A stretch of DNA of 64,000 bases from Sedimentisphaerales bacterium (GCA_963663965.2 CAXXFK010000030.1:32001-96000), one strand, 5' to 3'; shown: positions 1 to 9,139, counted from the first letter of the stretch. Numbers and translations: made by a program. The notes: generated from the letters alone by a model not told the origin.

Positions 1-309
1 ATGTTTGGCGCGGAAGGCGCGCTGGCCACGGAGTATGGCGGGCAGGTGGTGATCCTGGGCGACCATTTCTACCAGGGGGGCAAGACCTCGGGGATTTATG
101 GCGAAGGGGCGGCGGCCAATATTGCGACGTTTTATGACAATATCAAGGCGGGGAACTACGACAATGTGACGGTGGAGCCGAGTGTGCAGAGTAACCTGGT
201 GAGTATCCTGGGGCGGGAGGCCGCGCGGCGTCAGACGACGGTGACCTGGGAGCAGCTGATGAAAGACGCGCCCCGGCTGGAATATGATTTTAAGGGGTTG
301 AAGCGTTAG
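1..309 (+). CDS. C-terminal part of a probable Gfo/Idh/MocA-family oxidoreductase (5' truncated by window edge)
   Basis: ORF starts at base 1. The C-terminal pattern F..NI......SNLVSILGREAA....VTW resembles planctomycete Gfo/Idh/MocA C-termini; the Rossmann domain is not visible. Confidence 0.6.
   Translation: MFGAEGALATEYGGQVVILGDHFYQGGKTSGIYGEGAAANIATFYDNIKAGNYDNVTVEPSVQSNLVSILGREAARRQTTVTWEQLMKDAPRLEYDFKGLKR
247..309 (+). repeat. Direct repeat copy 1 (3' end of the oxidoreductase gene)
   Basis: 63 bp matching 2709..2771 with 6 mismatches; 273..309 is identical to 2735..2771 (37 bp). Confidence 0.95.
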
Positions 310-344
310 AGATTAATCTCATATGATAAGACAGGTTTCTGGTA

Positions 345-1163
345 ATGGCTAACAAAAATCAGCCGGTGGCATATGCCCGGATTCATGTTCTGATGGCCCG
401 GAGCGCGCTGTATGGGGTGGTTATGCGACGGGGGCCGTCTAAGCAGGTTTGTACGATCGGGTGGGACCGGGAGCATGATACTTTCCAGATCGGGCAGTGG
501 CTGAAGGGGCGTATTTATGAACGGCGCTGCGATTTGTCGCCGGATGGCAAACGCATGATTTATTTTGCCATGAACGGGAAATGGCAGTCAGATGTCGGGG
601 GGAGTTGGACGGCCATTTCCAGGGCGCCGTATCTGAACTCGGACATGCTGGAGGGTAAGGGAGACTGTTGGCATGGGGGTGGTCTTTTTATGGATAATGA
701 GACTTACTGGATTAACGACGGGTATGGCCATAAAGTTGTTCCGGGTCATGCTCCTTTCGATTTCAGTTTTAAAGAGAATAATTATCTCGGAGAATGTCCG
801 GGTGTTTATTATCCTCGACTCAAGCGTGACGGCTGGGTGATGACAGGAAAAACCGATACGATCAGTTCTTTTGAGAAAGAGTTGTGGGGCGGCTGGATAT
901 TGCGGAAGCAAGCTTATGCTACAATCGATCATCCGCCCGGCAAGGGGTGTTATTATGATGAACATGAATTGATCCATACGACAAGAGGGAAGGCTATTCG
1001 CCATCCAGATTGGGAATGGGCCGAACGGGATCGGGACCGTCTGGTCTGGGCCGAGAAGGGGTGTTTGTACACCGGCACGCTAAATAATGATGGGCTGGCA
1101 GAGATTCAGTTGCTGCGGGATTTTAACGATATGGTTTTTGAGCCGATTAAGGCGCCTTATTAA
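345..1163 (+). CDS. Hypothetical protein, Trp/Gly-rich, possibly beta-propeller-like
   Basis: 272-aa ORF with a DLSPDG-type turn motif; no function assignable. Confidence 0.75.
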   Translation: MANKNQPVAYARIHVLMARSALYGVVMRRGPSKQVCTIGWDREHDTFQIGQWLKGRIYERRCDLSPDGKRMIYFAMNGKWQSDVGGSWTAISRAPYLNSDMLEGKGDCWHGGGLFMDNETYWINDGYGHKVVPGHAPFDFSFKENNYLGECPGVYYPRLKRDGWVMTGKTDTISSFEKELWGGWILRKQAYATIDHPPGKGCYYDEHELIHTTRGKAIRHPDWEWAERDRDRLVWAEKGCLYTGTLNNDGLAEIQLLRDFNDMVFEPIKAPY

Positions 1164-1236
1164 CCTGAAGTTGCTTAAAGAGATTTTTCAGGTAATTCAT
1201 AAAATCACTCAAAATCCTTGGGCAAATACAATGTCT

Positions 1237-1305
1237 TGGCCCCGACGCTCGATGGACCTAAATTGCACAATCGAACTCCTTGCCGGTCAATGGAACTTTC
1301 TGCAT
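1237..1305 (-). pseudogene. Truncated GxxExxY gene remnant
   Basis: Translates MQKVPLTGKEFDCAI*VHRASGP versus intact MQKDPLTGKVIGCAIEVHRALGP (start 2421). It has an in-frame TAG and homology is lost after ~23 codons; the upstream flank is also homologous. Confidence 0.9.
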
Positions 1306-1334
1306 CTTATACCTCAATACAATAAACAACAATA

Positions 1335-1473
1335 ACCACAGAGGGCACAGAGAACACAGAGTAAAATAACAGCCGCCAGTGGCTTGTTGACGAATAATAA
1401 GATACCCGAACATAGGAATAAAATCTTGTGGGTGCAATGAAATCTGAGTGTTTTTCTCTGTGCCCTTTGTGGT
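1335..1473. repeat. Inverted-repeat-bounded element, copy 1 (REPIN-like/invertible segment)
   Basis: ACCACAGAGGGCACAGAGAA (1335-1354) and TTCTCTGTGCCCTTTGTGGT (1454-1473), 19/20 complementary. The interior is the reverse complement homologue of the interior of 2450..2623. Confidence 0.9.
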
Positions 1474-1572
1474 AGTATTTTTTCAAAACCTGTCATATTT
1501 TCATTATCGACTTTTTGTCTTAACGTATGTAAAAATTCGTTCGTCGCTTCTTTTCATGGAGCAAAGGAGTCT

Positions 1573-2016
1573 TTATATCTTTTTAATCAGATCAGCAAAA
1601 TGGGCCGGGTATTGAACCGTTTTATTGGAGACATGATCAAAAAGAGTCTCGCCGCGAATTTCATATCTGGCCAGTAACGTTTGGGTATCGAAAACCAGCA
1701 TGCCGCCAATGGATAGACGGCGGAACAGCGCGTAAGTTACAGAAGCCATCGTCATCAGTTGTAAAGGCCGAAAGTCCGCGTCGGACCATGGAGTGCGAAT
1801 ACTGATTTTATATTGAAAGTTTTCAACGTCCAGCTCGCCATCATTTTCAAGGGTATGTTCGCCAAAATAAAATTCCATACCCAAAAGCCAACAGAAACGA
1901 TAGTCATCGGGATCTTCGCGTGAGGCAAACCGGCACCCAATCCATCCTTCCAGATCTTTGAGCAACGTCTCCTGATCGCCATCGTAATTAAACAAGAAAT
2001 CTATTGTAATACTCAT
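1573..2016 (-). CDS. Small acidic hypothetical protein
   Basis: 147-aa ORF, co-oriented 33 bp downstream of the GxxExxY gene. Confidence 0.75.
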   Translation of the reverse strand: MSITIDFLFNYDGDQETLLKDLEGWIGCRFASREDPDDYRFCWLLGMEFYFGEHTLENDGELDVENFQYKISIRTPWSDADFRPLQLMTMASVTYALFRRLSIGGMLVFDTQTLLARYEIRGETLFDHVSNKTVQYPAHFADLIKKI

Positions 2017-2049
2017 ATATTCATTTTCTGAAGGGATATCACAAAGCCC

Positions 2050-2421
2050 CTAAAACACGTACCGTTGAATGCCGTCAACCAGCCTCAGCACATTAAAATT
2101 GATTAACAATCCCTTATGGATATCCGCCAGTTTCATATAGGTCATTAATTGGGCCTTATGGATCTCCTGGACCGTATCTACCGCCTTCAACTCTACAATC
2201 AGCTTGCCTTCGACCATGAGATCTATTCTGTAGCCACAATCCAGTTTTATCCCTTTATAGACCACCGGTAGCGATGCTTCGACTTGATGTGTCACAGCAT
2301 TCAATCCCAACTCGTGAGCCAGACATTTCTGGTAAGTCGATTCCAGCAATCCCGGCCCCAATGCCCGATGAACTTCAATCGCACAACCAATCACTTTTCC
2401 TGTCAATGGGTCTTTTTGCAT
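2050..2421 (-). CDS. GxxExxY protein (PD-(D/E)XK nuclease-like family)
   Basis: Motifs LGPGLLESTY, RIDLMVE..LIVELK, AQLMTYMK and GLLINF. The ATG at 2421 is preceded by GGAGG (the track start at 2499 is probably too long). Confidence 0.92.
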   Translation of the reverse strand: MQKDPLTGKVIGCAIEVHRALGPGLLESTYQKCLAHELGLNAVTHQVEASLPVVYKGIKLDCGYRIDLMVEGKLIVELKAVDTVQEIHKAQLMTYMKLADIHKGLLINFNVLRLVDGIQRYVF

Positions 2422-2449
2422 CTTACACCTCCACTCAATAAAAGCACTA

Positions 2450-2623
2450 ACCACAGAGGGCGCAGGGTTCACAGAGAAAAAACACTTGTGATTAAACACT
2501 CAGATTCCATTATAACAACAAGCCATTTATAATCAATTTATTTCTATGTTCTATATGCCGTTATCCGTTAGCTAGTCATTGGCGACTTTTGTTTTACTCT
2601 GAGTTCTTAGCGCCCTCTGTGGT
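2450..2623. repeat. Inverted-repeat-bounded element, copy 2
   Basis: Perfect 14-bp IR ACCACAGAGGGCGC (2450-2463) / GCGCCCTCTGTGGT (2610-2623), directly upstream of the GxxExxY gene. Confidence 0.9.
2509..2536 (-). promoter_or_regulatory. Candidate sigma70 promoter for GxxExxY inside the IR element
   Basis: Minus strand TTGATT-N16-TATAAT with an extended -10 (TGnTATAAT), ~90 bp upstream of the ATG. Confidence 0.7.
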
Positions 2624-2708
2624 AACAATATTTTTATCAGCCCGGTCGATTCGTAAAAAGCAGGCTCATTTACCCTTCTCCCTGTCTCATGGTACCATTT
2701 CGATCATG

Positions 2709-2771
2709 TGAGAGCAGTTGAAGAAAGATGCGATCCGGCTGGAATATGATTTTAAGGGGTTGAAGCGTTAG
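2709..2771 (+). repeat. Direct repeat copy 2 (degenerate duplicate of the oxidoreductase 3' end)
   Basis: 57/63 identical to 247..309; the Trp TGG has become TGA, so this copy is non-coding. Confidence 0.95.
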
Positions 2772-2893
2772 GCTTGATCTGCATTTATAGATTTAAGGGC
2801 TCCCCTAAAAATTCAATATGTGAATTATTTCCAGAAATTCTATGTATGTTTATTCCGCATGGAGCGAGGCCCCGTTCGCGAAACTGTTCCTTA

Positions 2894-5437
2894 TTAATCC
2901 TTGAGAAGGAAAAGTCCGTCTTTAGGTCCGAGCGTGACGGTTTGGGCTATGGCTGTTCCGTTGTTGGTCCGGGTGTCCTGGTTGGCGGTCGCCTGGAGTC
3001 GACGGTAGCTGTTGCCGGGGGCGATCTGTGACAGGTCGAAGGTGAAGGGTTTCAGGCCGGGATTGGCCAGGACGATCCCCTTTTCGTAGATTCGATACAT
3101 GGCGTCGGGCTTGTTGTGGAGGGTCATCGACGAGATGGTGACAGGTTCTGTGCCCTCGATGTAACAGGTCAGGTTGATGGTATTGGATTTGATGTGGCGG
3201 TAGTAGAACGTTGAGGCGAGGGGTTCGGAGCCCGCCCAGGTCATGAAACGTTCCGGCGGGGTCAGTCGTTCCGGATCGACGTTCTTTGGGATGATAAAGA
3301 CGTCCGACCAATAGGCGTGGTCGGTCGTGGCATTGTTCTGCGGCCCGCAGTCGGCAACGAATTTCAGGCGGATTTGCTTGTCCGCATAGGGTGTGAGGTT
3401 GACGGTCAGGTCTGTCCATTTGTATTCTTTGGTATGCGTTTCTTTAAGTTTTTTGAAGGGCCCCGGTGTGCCATTGGTGAGTTCGGCCGCATGGATACTG
3501 AACCAGACACCATCGCTTCTGGTTGGGCTTTTCGGTCCCATACCGATGGCGCAGGTAAGTACGGCGTCCCCGGTGAGCTGAACATCCCTGGTCCAATAGA
3601 CGTAGCCTTTCGAGTCGACATAGGGCGGGTGGACAAAGAACGCGTCGCGCTGTTCTTGGCCGATGGTGGGGCGCTGGCGTCGGAACATGGCGCCCGAGGC
3701 TGGGTCGAGGGGCTGTTCATCCCGGCCGCGCAGTCCCATGCCGATATCGGGCTCATCCCCGGTCATCAGGTTGATCCCGCTCGACGCTTCGAGCTGGATG
3801 AAGCGGGCACAGGTCTCAGGGTAATCCTTCATGGGCTCCGCCTTCATAACGAGAGATACCGTTAAATCTGGGCCAGTGGTCGGGATATTACGAATGGAGA
3901 AGTGATAACCGTCAGGCGACAGCGACCTGGGTGACACGCACAGTCCATCGGGTTTTGTGTTGAGTGTGACATCACCTGTAATGCACTGTATCAGCGGCTT
4001 GCCGTTGAGCAGGTCGGGGGATTTCATTGCCAGGTGGACAGCGGGTCCGACCGGCTTCCCAAGCCAGCCTAATTTGTTGTCGACACCGCAGCGTAATTCA
4101 TCCCAGATGCCGAACTTGCCATCAGGATCGCTCGCCGGCGGGAAGGCATAACAGATGGCCGTGTCCGTGAAGCAGCCGGCAGCAAAGACCAGTCGATGGA
4201 TATTGAATTCAACCTCCGGACGGCGTTGCGCGCCGGGCGGTCCGCCGGGTACGCTTTCGACGTACTTGTGATTGATGTAATTAAATACGGGCTTACGGGC
4301 ATAGGCCTGCCAGGCGCTGTGGCGATTCAGACCTCCGGACCAGTTGTGAACTTCAGGATCGCCCAGGTCCGGCCAGCCCTCGCTCTCGATGCCGTTGAGG
4401 TATCCCCAGGCGCGCTGTGATCGGACGCTGTCGGGGCCAAGCGCACCGTCACCAAGGATCAGGAAATCATCGCCCATGCGTTCTCGCAGCTGACGGCAGA
4501 ACTTGACCATGCCGATACCGTAGTGATTGATGCCGTCGATGACACCGTCATCCTCGATGCCGTTGCCGCTGGTGTCGCCGTGCGTGTCGTTGAAGAGCAC
4601 GTCGAACTCAAGACCGTCGTATTGAGCCAGCGGGCCAGTGGGTCCGAACCATCGCGCGATGTCATCGATGTAGCGATCGGCCGCAGTCTTGCCGGTACTG
4701 TCTTTCGGGCAAAGATCTGAGAAGTTGTAGTACCACATGATATTGTTGTTCTTACCCCACGGGCCCTCGACCTGATGGGCAACGGCACGGGCTTTTCCGG
4801 CCGTGAACGCCAGCGGCTTCGTCCCGTATTGGCCGCGACGTACCCGGATGGTGTTGGTATTCATATCGATGGAAACGAGCTGAACTTCTTCGCAGCAATC
4901 CCAGTCGTACGTACCGTCGGCCTTGAGTCTGAACAACGCGATATCATCATTGCTGTCGGCGTATCGTCCCATTTTTACGCGGAATCGGCCTGCGTCACTG
5001 ACCTGAATAGTCGTCTCGCCTGTGACGGCAGGAATATCGTGCAGGATTTCGGCGGGAGTGCGGTAGATCCAATGGCCCGGGAAGAAGTTGGATGCCTCGA
5101 ATCGCGGGTCGCGGGCGTTGCCGTTGAGATGGAGCAATACGACCTGGTCCGGGTGCTCGTGTTTGAACCGGCTGAAGACCGCCGGGTTGTTTTTCATGCG
5201 GCCCTGGACCTCCTCGTCGAGAGATTTGCCGATGATACCCATCAGCCGGCTGTAGTCGGCATGCCATTTGTCGTAATCGAAATTCGTTTGGGCCGGCGGC
5301 CCCTCGCACGATCGGAAGAAAAACGCGCGTGGCCAGCCGTCGTTAAGGATGCGCAGTTGCCCGGGATTGCGTGTCTGTCCGCTGATGCCGGTTGCCGTCA
5401 GTATTGCAGTAAGGATAATTATAAACCTACTGTGCAT
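2894..5437 (-). CDS. Secreted putative glycoside hydrolase-like protein with an inserted beta-sandwich (CBM/NPCBM-like) module
   Basis: Signal peptide after MHSRF (GGAG RBS). DGLEFD and LNGIESE strands suggest a TIM barrel; the GIVLANP...YRRL...NNG tail recalls GHL15-type proteins; HPPY-containing insert. Confidence 0.55.
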   Translation of the reverse strand: MHSRFIIILTAILTATGISGQTRNPGQLRILNDGWPRAFFFRSCEGPPAQTNFDYDKWHADYSRLMGIIGKSLDEEVQGRMKNNPAVFSRFKHEHPDQVVLLHLNGNARDPRFEASNFFPGHWIYRTPAEILHDIPAVTGETTIQVSDAGRFRVKMGRYADSNDDIALFRLKADGTYDWDCCEEVQLVSIDMNTNTIRVRRGQYGTKPLAFTAGKARAVAHQVEGPWGKNNNIMWYYNFSDLCPKDSTGKTAADRYIDDIARWFGPTGPLAQYDGLEFDVLFNDTHGDTSGNGIEDDGVIDGINHYGIGMVKFCRQLRERMGDDFLILGDGALGPDSVRSQRAWGYLNGIESEGWPDLGDPEVHNWSGGLNRHSAWQAYARKPVFNYINHKYVESVPGGPPGAQRRPEVEFNIHRLVFAAGCFTDTAICYAFPPASDPDGKFGIWDELRCGVDNKLGWLGKPVGPAVHLAMKSPDLLNGKPLIQCITGDVTLNTKPDGLCVSPRSLSPDGYHFSIRNIPTTGPDLTVSLVMKAEPMKDYPETCARFIQLEASSGINLMTGDEPDIGMGLRGRDEQPLDPASGAMFRRQRPTIGQEQRDAFFVHPPYVDSKGYVYWTRDVQLTGDAVLTCAIGMGPKSPTRSDGVWFSIHAAELTNGTPGPFKKLKETHTKEYKWTDLTVNLTPYADKQIRLKFVADCGPQNNATTDHAYWSDVFIIPKNVDPERLTPPERFMTWAGSEPLASTFYYRHIKSNTINLTCYIEGTEPVTISSMTLHNKPDAMYRIYEKGIVLANPGLKPFTFDLSQIAPGNSYRRLQATANQDTRTNNGTAIAQTVTLGPKDGLFLLKD

Positions 5438-5577
5438 TTTGATACTCCATGTTCTAGGCGCCGTAATAGCGCACCTGACAAAATGAATTTCCACCTGCAA
5501 CCGGTTGCCAAAACGGGCCGCTTTGTTCCAGGAGCCAAATATCCTCAACAGCTTGTCAGCCACTCATAGTTTATTTT

Positions 5578-6366
5578 TCAAGGTGCGATTTCGCCGACGT
5601 GGTTGAGGATGAGGCCGGGTTGGTAGGGGTAGTTGTTGAGGTCGTCCATCTGGGTGATACCGGAGAGGACCAGGATGGTATCGATTTCGGATTCAATCCC
5701 GGCGATGATATCGGTATCCATGCGGTCGCCGATAATGGCGGTTTCTTCGCGTCGGCACTGGATGAGTTTAAGAGCGTGGCGCATGATGAGCGGGTTGGGC
5801 TTACCGATGAAGTAGGCGTTGCGTTTGGTGGCCAGTTCGATGGGCGCGACCAGGGCGCGGCAGGCGGGCGAGATGCCATATTCAGTGGGGCCGGTGATAT
5901 CGGGATTGGTGCCGATGAGTTTGGCGCCGTTGATGACATGGCGAACGGCCAGTTCGAGTTTTTCGAAGCCGTAGGAACGGGTTTCGCCGATGACGACGTA
6001 GTCGGGTTTGCTTTCGTCGATGACCAGGCCAGCGTCGTGCAGGGCCTGGGTCAGGCCAGGATCGCCAATGACAAAGACGCGGCCGCCGGGACACTGTGAG
6101 GCGATGAACCAGGCGGTGGCCATGGCCGAAGTAATGAAATGATCTTCGGTGACGTGGATACCCAGTCCGGCGAGCTTGCTTTTGAGTTCGCGGGGTGACC
6201 GGGCGGAACTGTTGGTCAGGAAGAGAAATTGTTTATTGGATTGCTGGAGCCATTGCACAAAATGCCGGGCGCCGTCAAGGACCCGGCTGCCATGGTAAAT
6301 GACACCGTCCATATCACAGATAAAGCCGCGTTTGTTCCGGATACTGGTCAGGTCCGGTTTCTGCAT
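5578..6366 (-). CDS. nagD: HAD-IIA family hydrolase (NagD-like)
   Basis: Motifs DMDGV, LTN, GTNPD, GKP and IGDRMDTDI. Confidence 0.88.
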   Translation of the reverse strand: MQKPDLTSIRNKRGFICDMDGVIYHGSRVLDGARHFVQWLQQSNKQFLFLTNSSARSPRELKSKLAGLGIHVTEDHFITSAMATAWFIASQCPGGRVFVIGDPGLTQALHDAGLVIDESKPDYVVIGETRSYGFEKLELAVRHVINGAKLIGTNPDITGPTEYGISPACRALVAPIELATKRNAYFIGKPNPLIMRHALKLIQCRREETAIIGDRMDTDIIAGIESEIDTILVLSGITQMDDLNNYPYQPGLILNHVGEIAP

Positions 6367-6625
6367 GAGTTTACTCCATTTAAGTGTGCCGGGCGTTTTT
6401 GGCGCTTGATGAAAACACTGGATCAGTTTATATTGATATTATCCCGGCAACGCCGGTACCAAACAGGGTTACGGCAGCATTTGCCTCCCTGTCAGGATTT
6501 ATTTGCCATTTTGTGCAATATTCTTCTCGTAAAAGCTTATTATGTCATGATCCGGGCAAAATGCAACAGGTGGCTAAAAATGTCCGGCCCGGGCCGCTTG
6601 AGCCTATTGTGAAAGGAACTCACTG

Positions 6626-8950
6626 ATGAAACGATTGTCGGCAGTATGGATGATATTGTGTTTGAGTTTGCCCCTGGCGGCACAATCCACAGGTTCATTG
6701 CCGCGCAGTACGCCGGAGGCGCAGGGTGTTTCATCAGCGGGATTGGTTGATTTTCTGGACGCGGTGGCGCAGAGTCCGCATGAGCTGCATAGTGTGATGG
6801 TGGTGCGGCATGGCTATGTGGTGGCCGAGGGTTGGTGGTCGCCGTACCGGCCGGACCTGAAACATATGCTGTATTCCACCAGTAAGAGTTTTACCGCGAC
6901 GGCGGTTGGTTTCGCGGTGGCGGAAAAGAAATTGACGGTTGATGACAAGGTGATCGACATTTTTCCGGAGGATGTACCGGAGACGATCAGTGCGGAACTG
7001 GCGGCGCTGCGGGTGCGGGATCTGTTGAGTATGAGTGTGGGTCATGGCTCGGATCCGACCTGGACGATCGGGACAAATCATGACAACTGGGTCAAGGCAT
7101 TTCTGGCGACACCGATTGTGAACCGGCCGGGCAGCAAGTTTCTGTATAATTCGATGGCCACCTATATGCTGTCGGCCATTGTGCAGAAGGTGACGGGCGA
7201 GAAGGTGATCGATTATCTGGGGCCGAGATTGTTTGCGCCGTTGGGGATCGAAGGGATGGACTGGGAAACCGATCCGCGCGGGATTAATTCCGGGGGGTGG
7301 GGGCTGCGGTTGAAGACGGAGGATATGGCGAAATTCGGTCAGTTATTTTTGCAGAAGGGGGTCTGGCAGGGCCGGCGGCTGTTGCCGGAGAGCTGGATCG
7401 ATGAGGCGAGCAGTATGAAGATCGAGCAGGATCCGGGCGCGCCCCAGTCCCGCAAGGACAGCAATGACTGGCTGCAGGGTTATTGTTATCAGATGTGGCG
7501 TTGCCGGCATAATGGCTACCGGGCGGATGGGGCTTACGGGCAGTTTATTATTATGCTGCCGGATGAAGATGCGGTAGTGGCGATTACGGCGGAGACCGGT
7601 GATATGCAGTCGGAATTGAACCTGGTATGGGACCATATTTTGCCGGCTTTTCATCAGGAGGCGCTGCCGGCCGATCCGCAAGCGGCCGGTCAGTTGAAGG
7701 AGAGGCTGGCCGGGCTGGCATTGAAGCCGCTGAAGGGCGGGGATTCGCCGCTGGCTAAGGGTGTGTCGGGTAAGCGTTATCGGTTCGCGGATAACGATCA
7801 GAAGCTGCAAGGTGTTCGGGTGGTATTTGAAGATGGGGCGTGCCGGTTGACGCTGGTGACGGAGGCGGGCCGGTATCGATTGCGCTTTGGCGCGGGGCAG
7901 TGGCTGGCAGGGGAGACTACGAGGCTGGGGCCGAATCTGGTGGGCGGGATTCGAAACAGTCAGGCGGGTTTACCGCCGTTTAAGGTGGCGGGCAGTTATG
8001 GCTGGGAGGATGACCAGACGCTCGCTTTGGGCCTGCGGTATGTGGAGGGGCCGCATACCGAAATGATCCGGTTGCGATTTAATGACGATAAGGTGGAGTT
8101 GAGTTTTAATACCCTGTTTAACAAAAATAATGTCAAGACCTATGAAGGGCTGGCCCAGGATGAGTCGGCCGCAGCGCGTTTGATCGTGCGCGGGGATGAT
8201 ATGGGGTATACCCAGGCTGGTAATGAAGCGCTGGCGGCCTGTTACCGGGATGGGATTGAACAAACGATTGAGGTGATGGCGCCAACACCCTGGTTTCCGC
8301 AGGCGGTGGCGATGCTGAAGGATTATCCGGGTGTCGATGTGGGCGTGCATCTGACGCTGACCAGTGAATGGGATACGCTGAAATGGCGGCCGTTGACTGA
8401 CTGTCCGAGTTTGATGGGTGAGGATGGCTATTTCTATCCATTTGTGTATCCGAATACCAAATATCCCGGCCGGTCGATGATGGAAAATGGCTGGAAGATC
8501 GAGGAGGTGGAACGGGAATTTCGCGCACAGATCGAGAGGACGATGAACGTGATTCCGCAGGTCAGTCATCTGTCGGCTCATATGGGCTGCAGCGGGCTGG
8601 ATGAAGAAGTTAAGGCGCTGACGGAGAGGCTGGCGCGGGACTATGGGATCCGCAATGATATCCAGGGGACTGCGGTGCGCCGGGTGGGCTATGACGGACC
8701 CTCGAAAACATCTGAGGAGAAGATCCAGAGTTTTATGAAGATGTTAACGAGTCTGGAGCCGGGTCAGACTTATCTGTTTCTGGATCATCCGGGGTTGGAT
8801 ACCCCGGAACTGCGGGCGGTGCGCCATGTGGGGTATGATCAGGTGGCGATGGACCGGCAAGGGGTGACGGATATGTTTACCGATAAGCGGGTGAAGGCGC
8901 TGATTGAAGAGAAGGGGATTGAGTTGATCGGTTATGATGATCTGGAATAG
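6626..8950 (+). CDS. Secreted serine hydrolase (class C beta-lactamase/AmpC-like) fused to a YdjC/ChbG-like carbohydrate deacetylase
   Basis: Signal peptide, SxxK (STSK), FLYNS and LFAPLGI in the N-terminal part. The C-terminal part has RLIVRGDDMG, VGVHLTLTSEW, HLSAHM and HPG. Confidence 0.85.
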   Translation: MKRLSAVWMILCLSLPLAAQSTGSLPRSTPEAQGVSSAGLVDFLDAVAQSPHELHSVMVVRHGYVVAEGWWSPYRPDLKHMLYSTSKSFTATAVGFAVAEKKLTVDDKVIDIFPEDVPETISAELAALRVRDLLSMSVGHGSDPTWTIGTNHDNWVKAFLATPIVNRPGSKFLYNSMATYMLSAIVQKVTGEKVIDYLGPRLFAPLGIEGMDWETDPRGINSGGWGLRLKTEDMAKFGQLFLQKGVWQGRRLLPESWIDEASSMKIEQDPGAPQSRKDSNDWLQGYCYQMWRCRHNGYRADGAYGQFIIMLPDEDAVVAITAETGDMQSELNLVWDHILPAFHQEALPADPQAAGQLKERLAGLALKPLKGGDSPLAKGVSGKRYRFADNDQKLQGVRVVFEDGACRLTLVTEAGRYRLRFGAGQWLAGETTRLGPNLVGGIRNSQAGLPPFKVAGSYGWEDDQTLALGLRYVEGPHTEMIRLRFNDDKVELSFNTLFNKNNVKTYEGLAQDESAAARLIVRGDDMGYTQAGNEALAACYRDGIEQTIEVMAPTPWFPQAVAMLKDYPGVDVGVHLTLTSEWDTLKWRPLTDCPSLMGEDGYFYPFVYPNTKYPGRSMMENGWKIEEVEREFRAQIERTMNVIPQVSHLSAHMGCSGLDEEVKALTERLARDYGIRNDIQGTAVRRVGYDGPSKTSEEKIQSFMKMLTSLEPGQTYLFLDHPGLDTPELRAVRHVGYDQVAMDRQGVTDMFTDKRVKALIEEKGIELIGYDDLE

Positions 8951-9125
8951 TCTTTATCGGAAGGAATTTTTACAAGCATATTATGGTTTGATTACTATTT
9001 AATATGAATGTTATACGGAAATAACGGTCCAATAATTAAATTTATACTTATGCTATATTTGCTTGAATTTTTGGGGCAAAAGCAATATAATTATATACTC
9101 AGTTTTATTAGATGGTTTCGTAACG

Positions 9126-9139
9126 GGCATGGTGCATGC
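9126..9139 (+). promoter_or_regulatory. Possible sigma54 -24/-12 promoter
   Basis: GGCATG-GTGC-ATGC (GG-N10-GC) ~50 bp upstream of the FGE gene, behind an AT-rich tract. Confidence 0.35.

Noticed and set aside
1314..1496. 60-aa ORF (PQRAQR...LCVLCALCG)
   Set aside because: An artefact of translating the ACCACAGAG inverted repeats.
2797..2814. GGGCTCCCCTAAAAATTC as an IS/MITE end resembling 34524-34554
   Set aside because: A single short degenerate half with no partner IR nearby; too weak to call.
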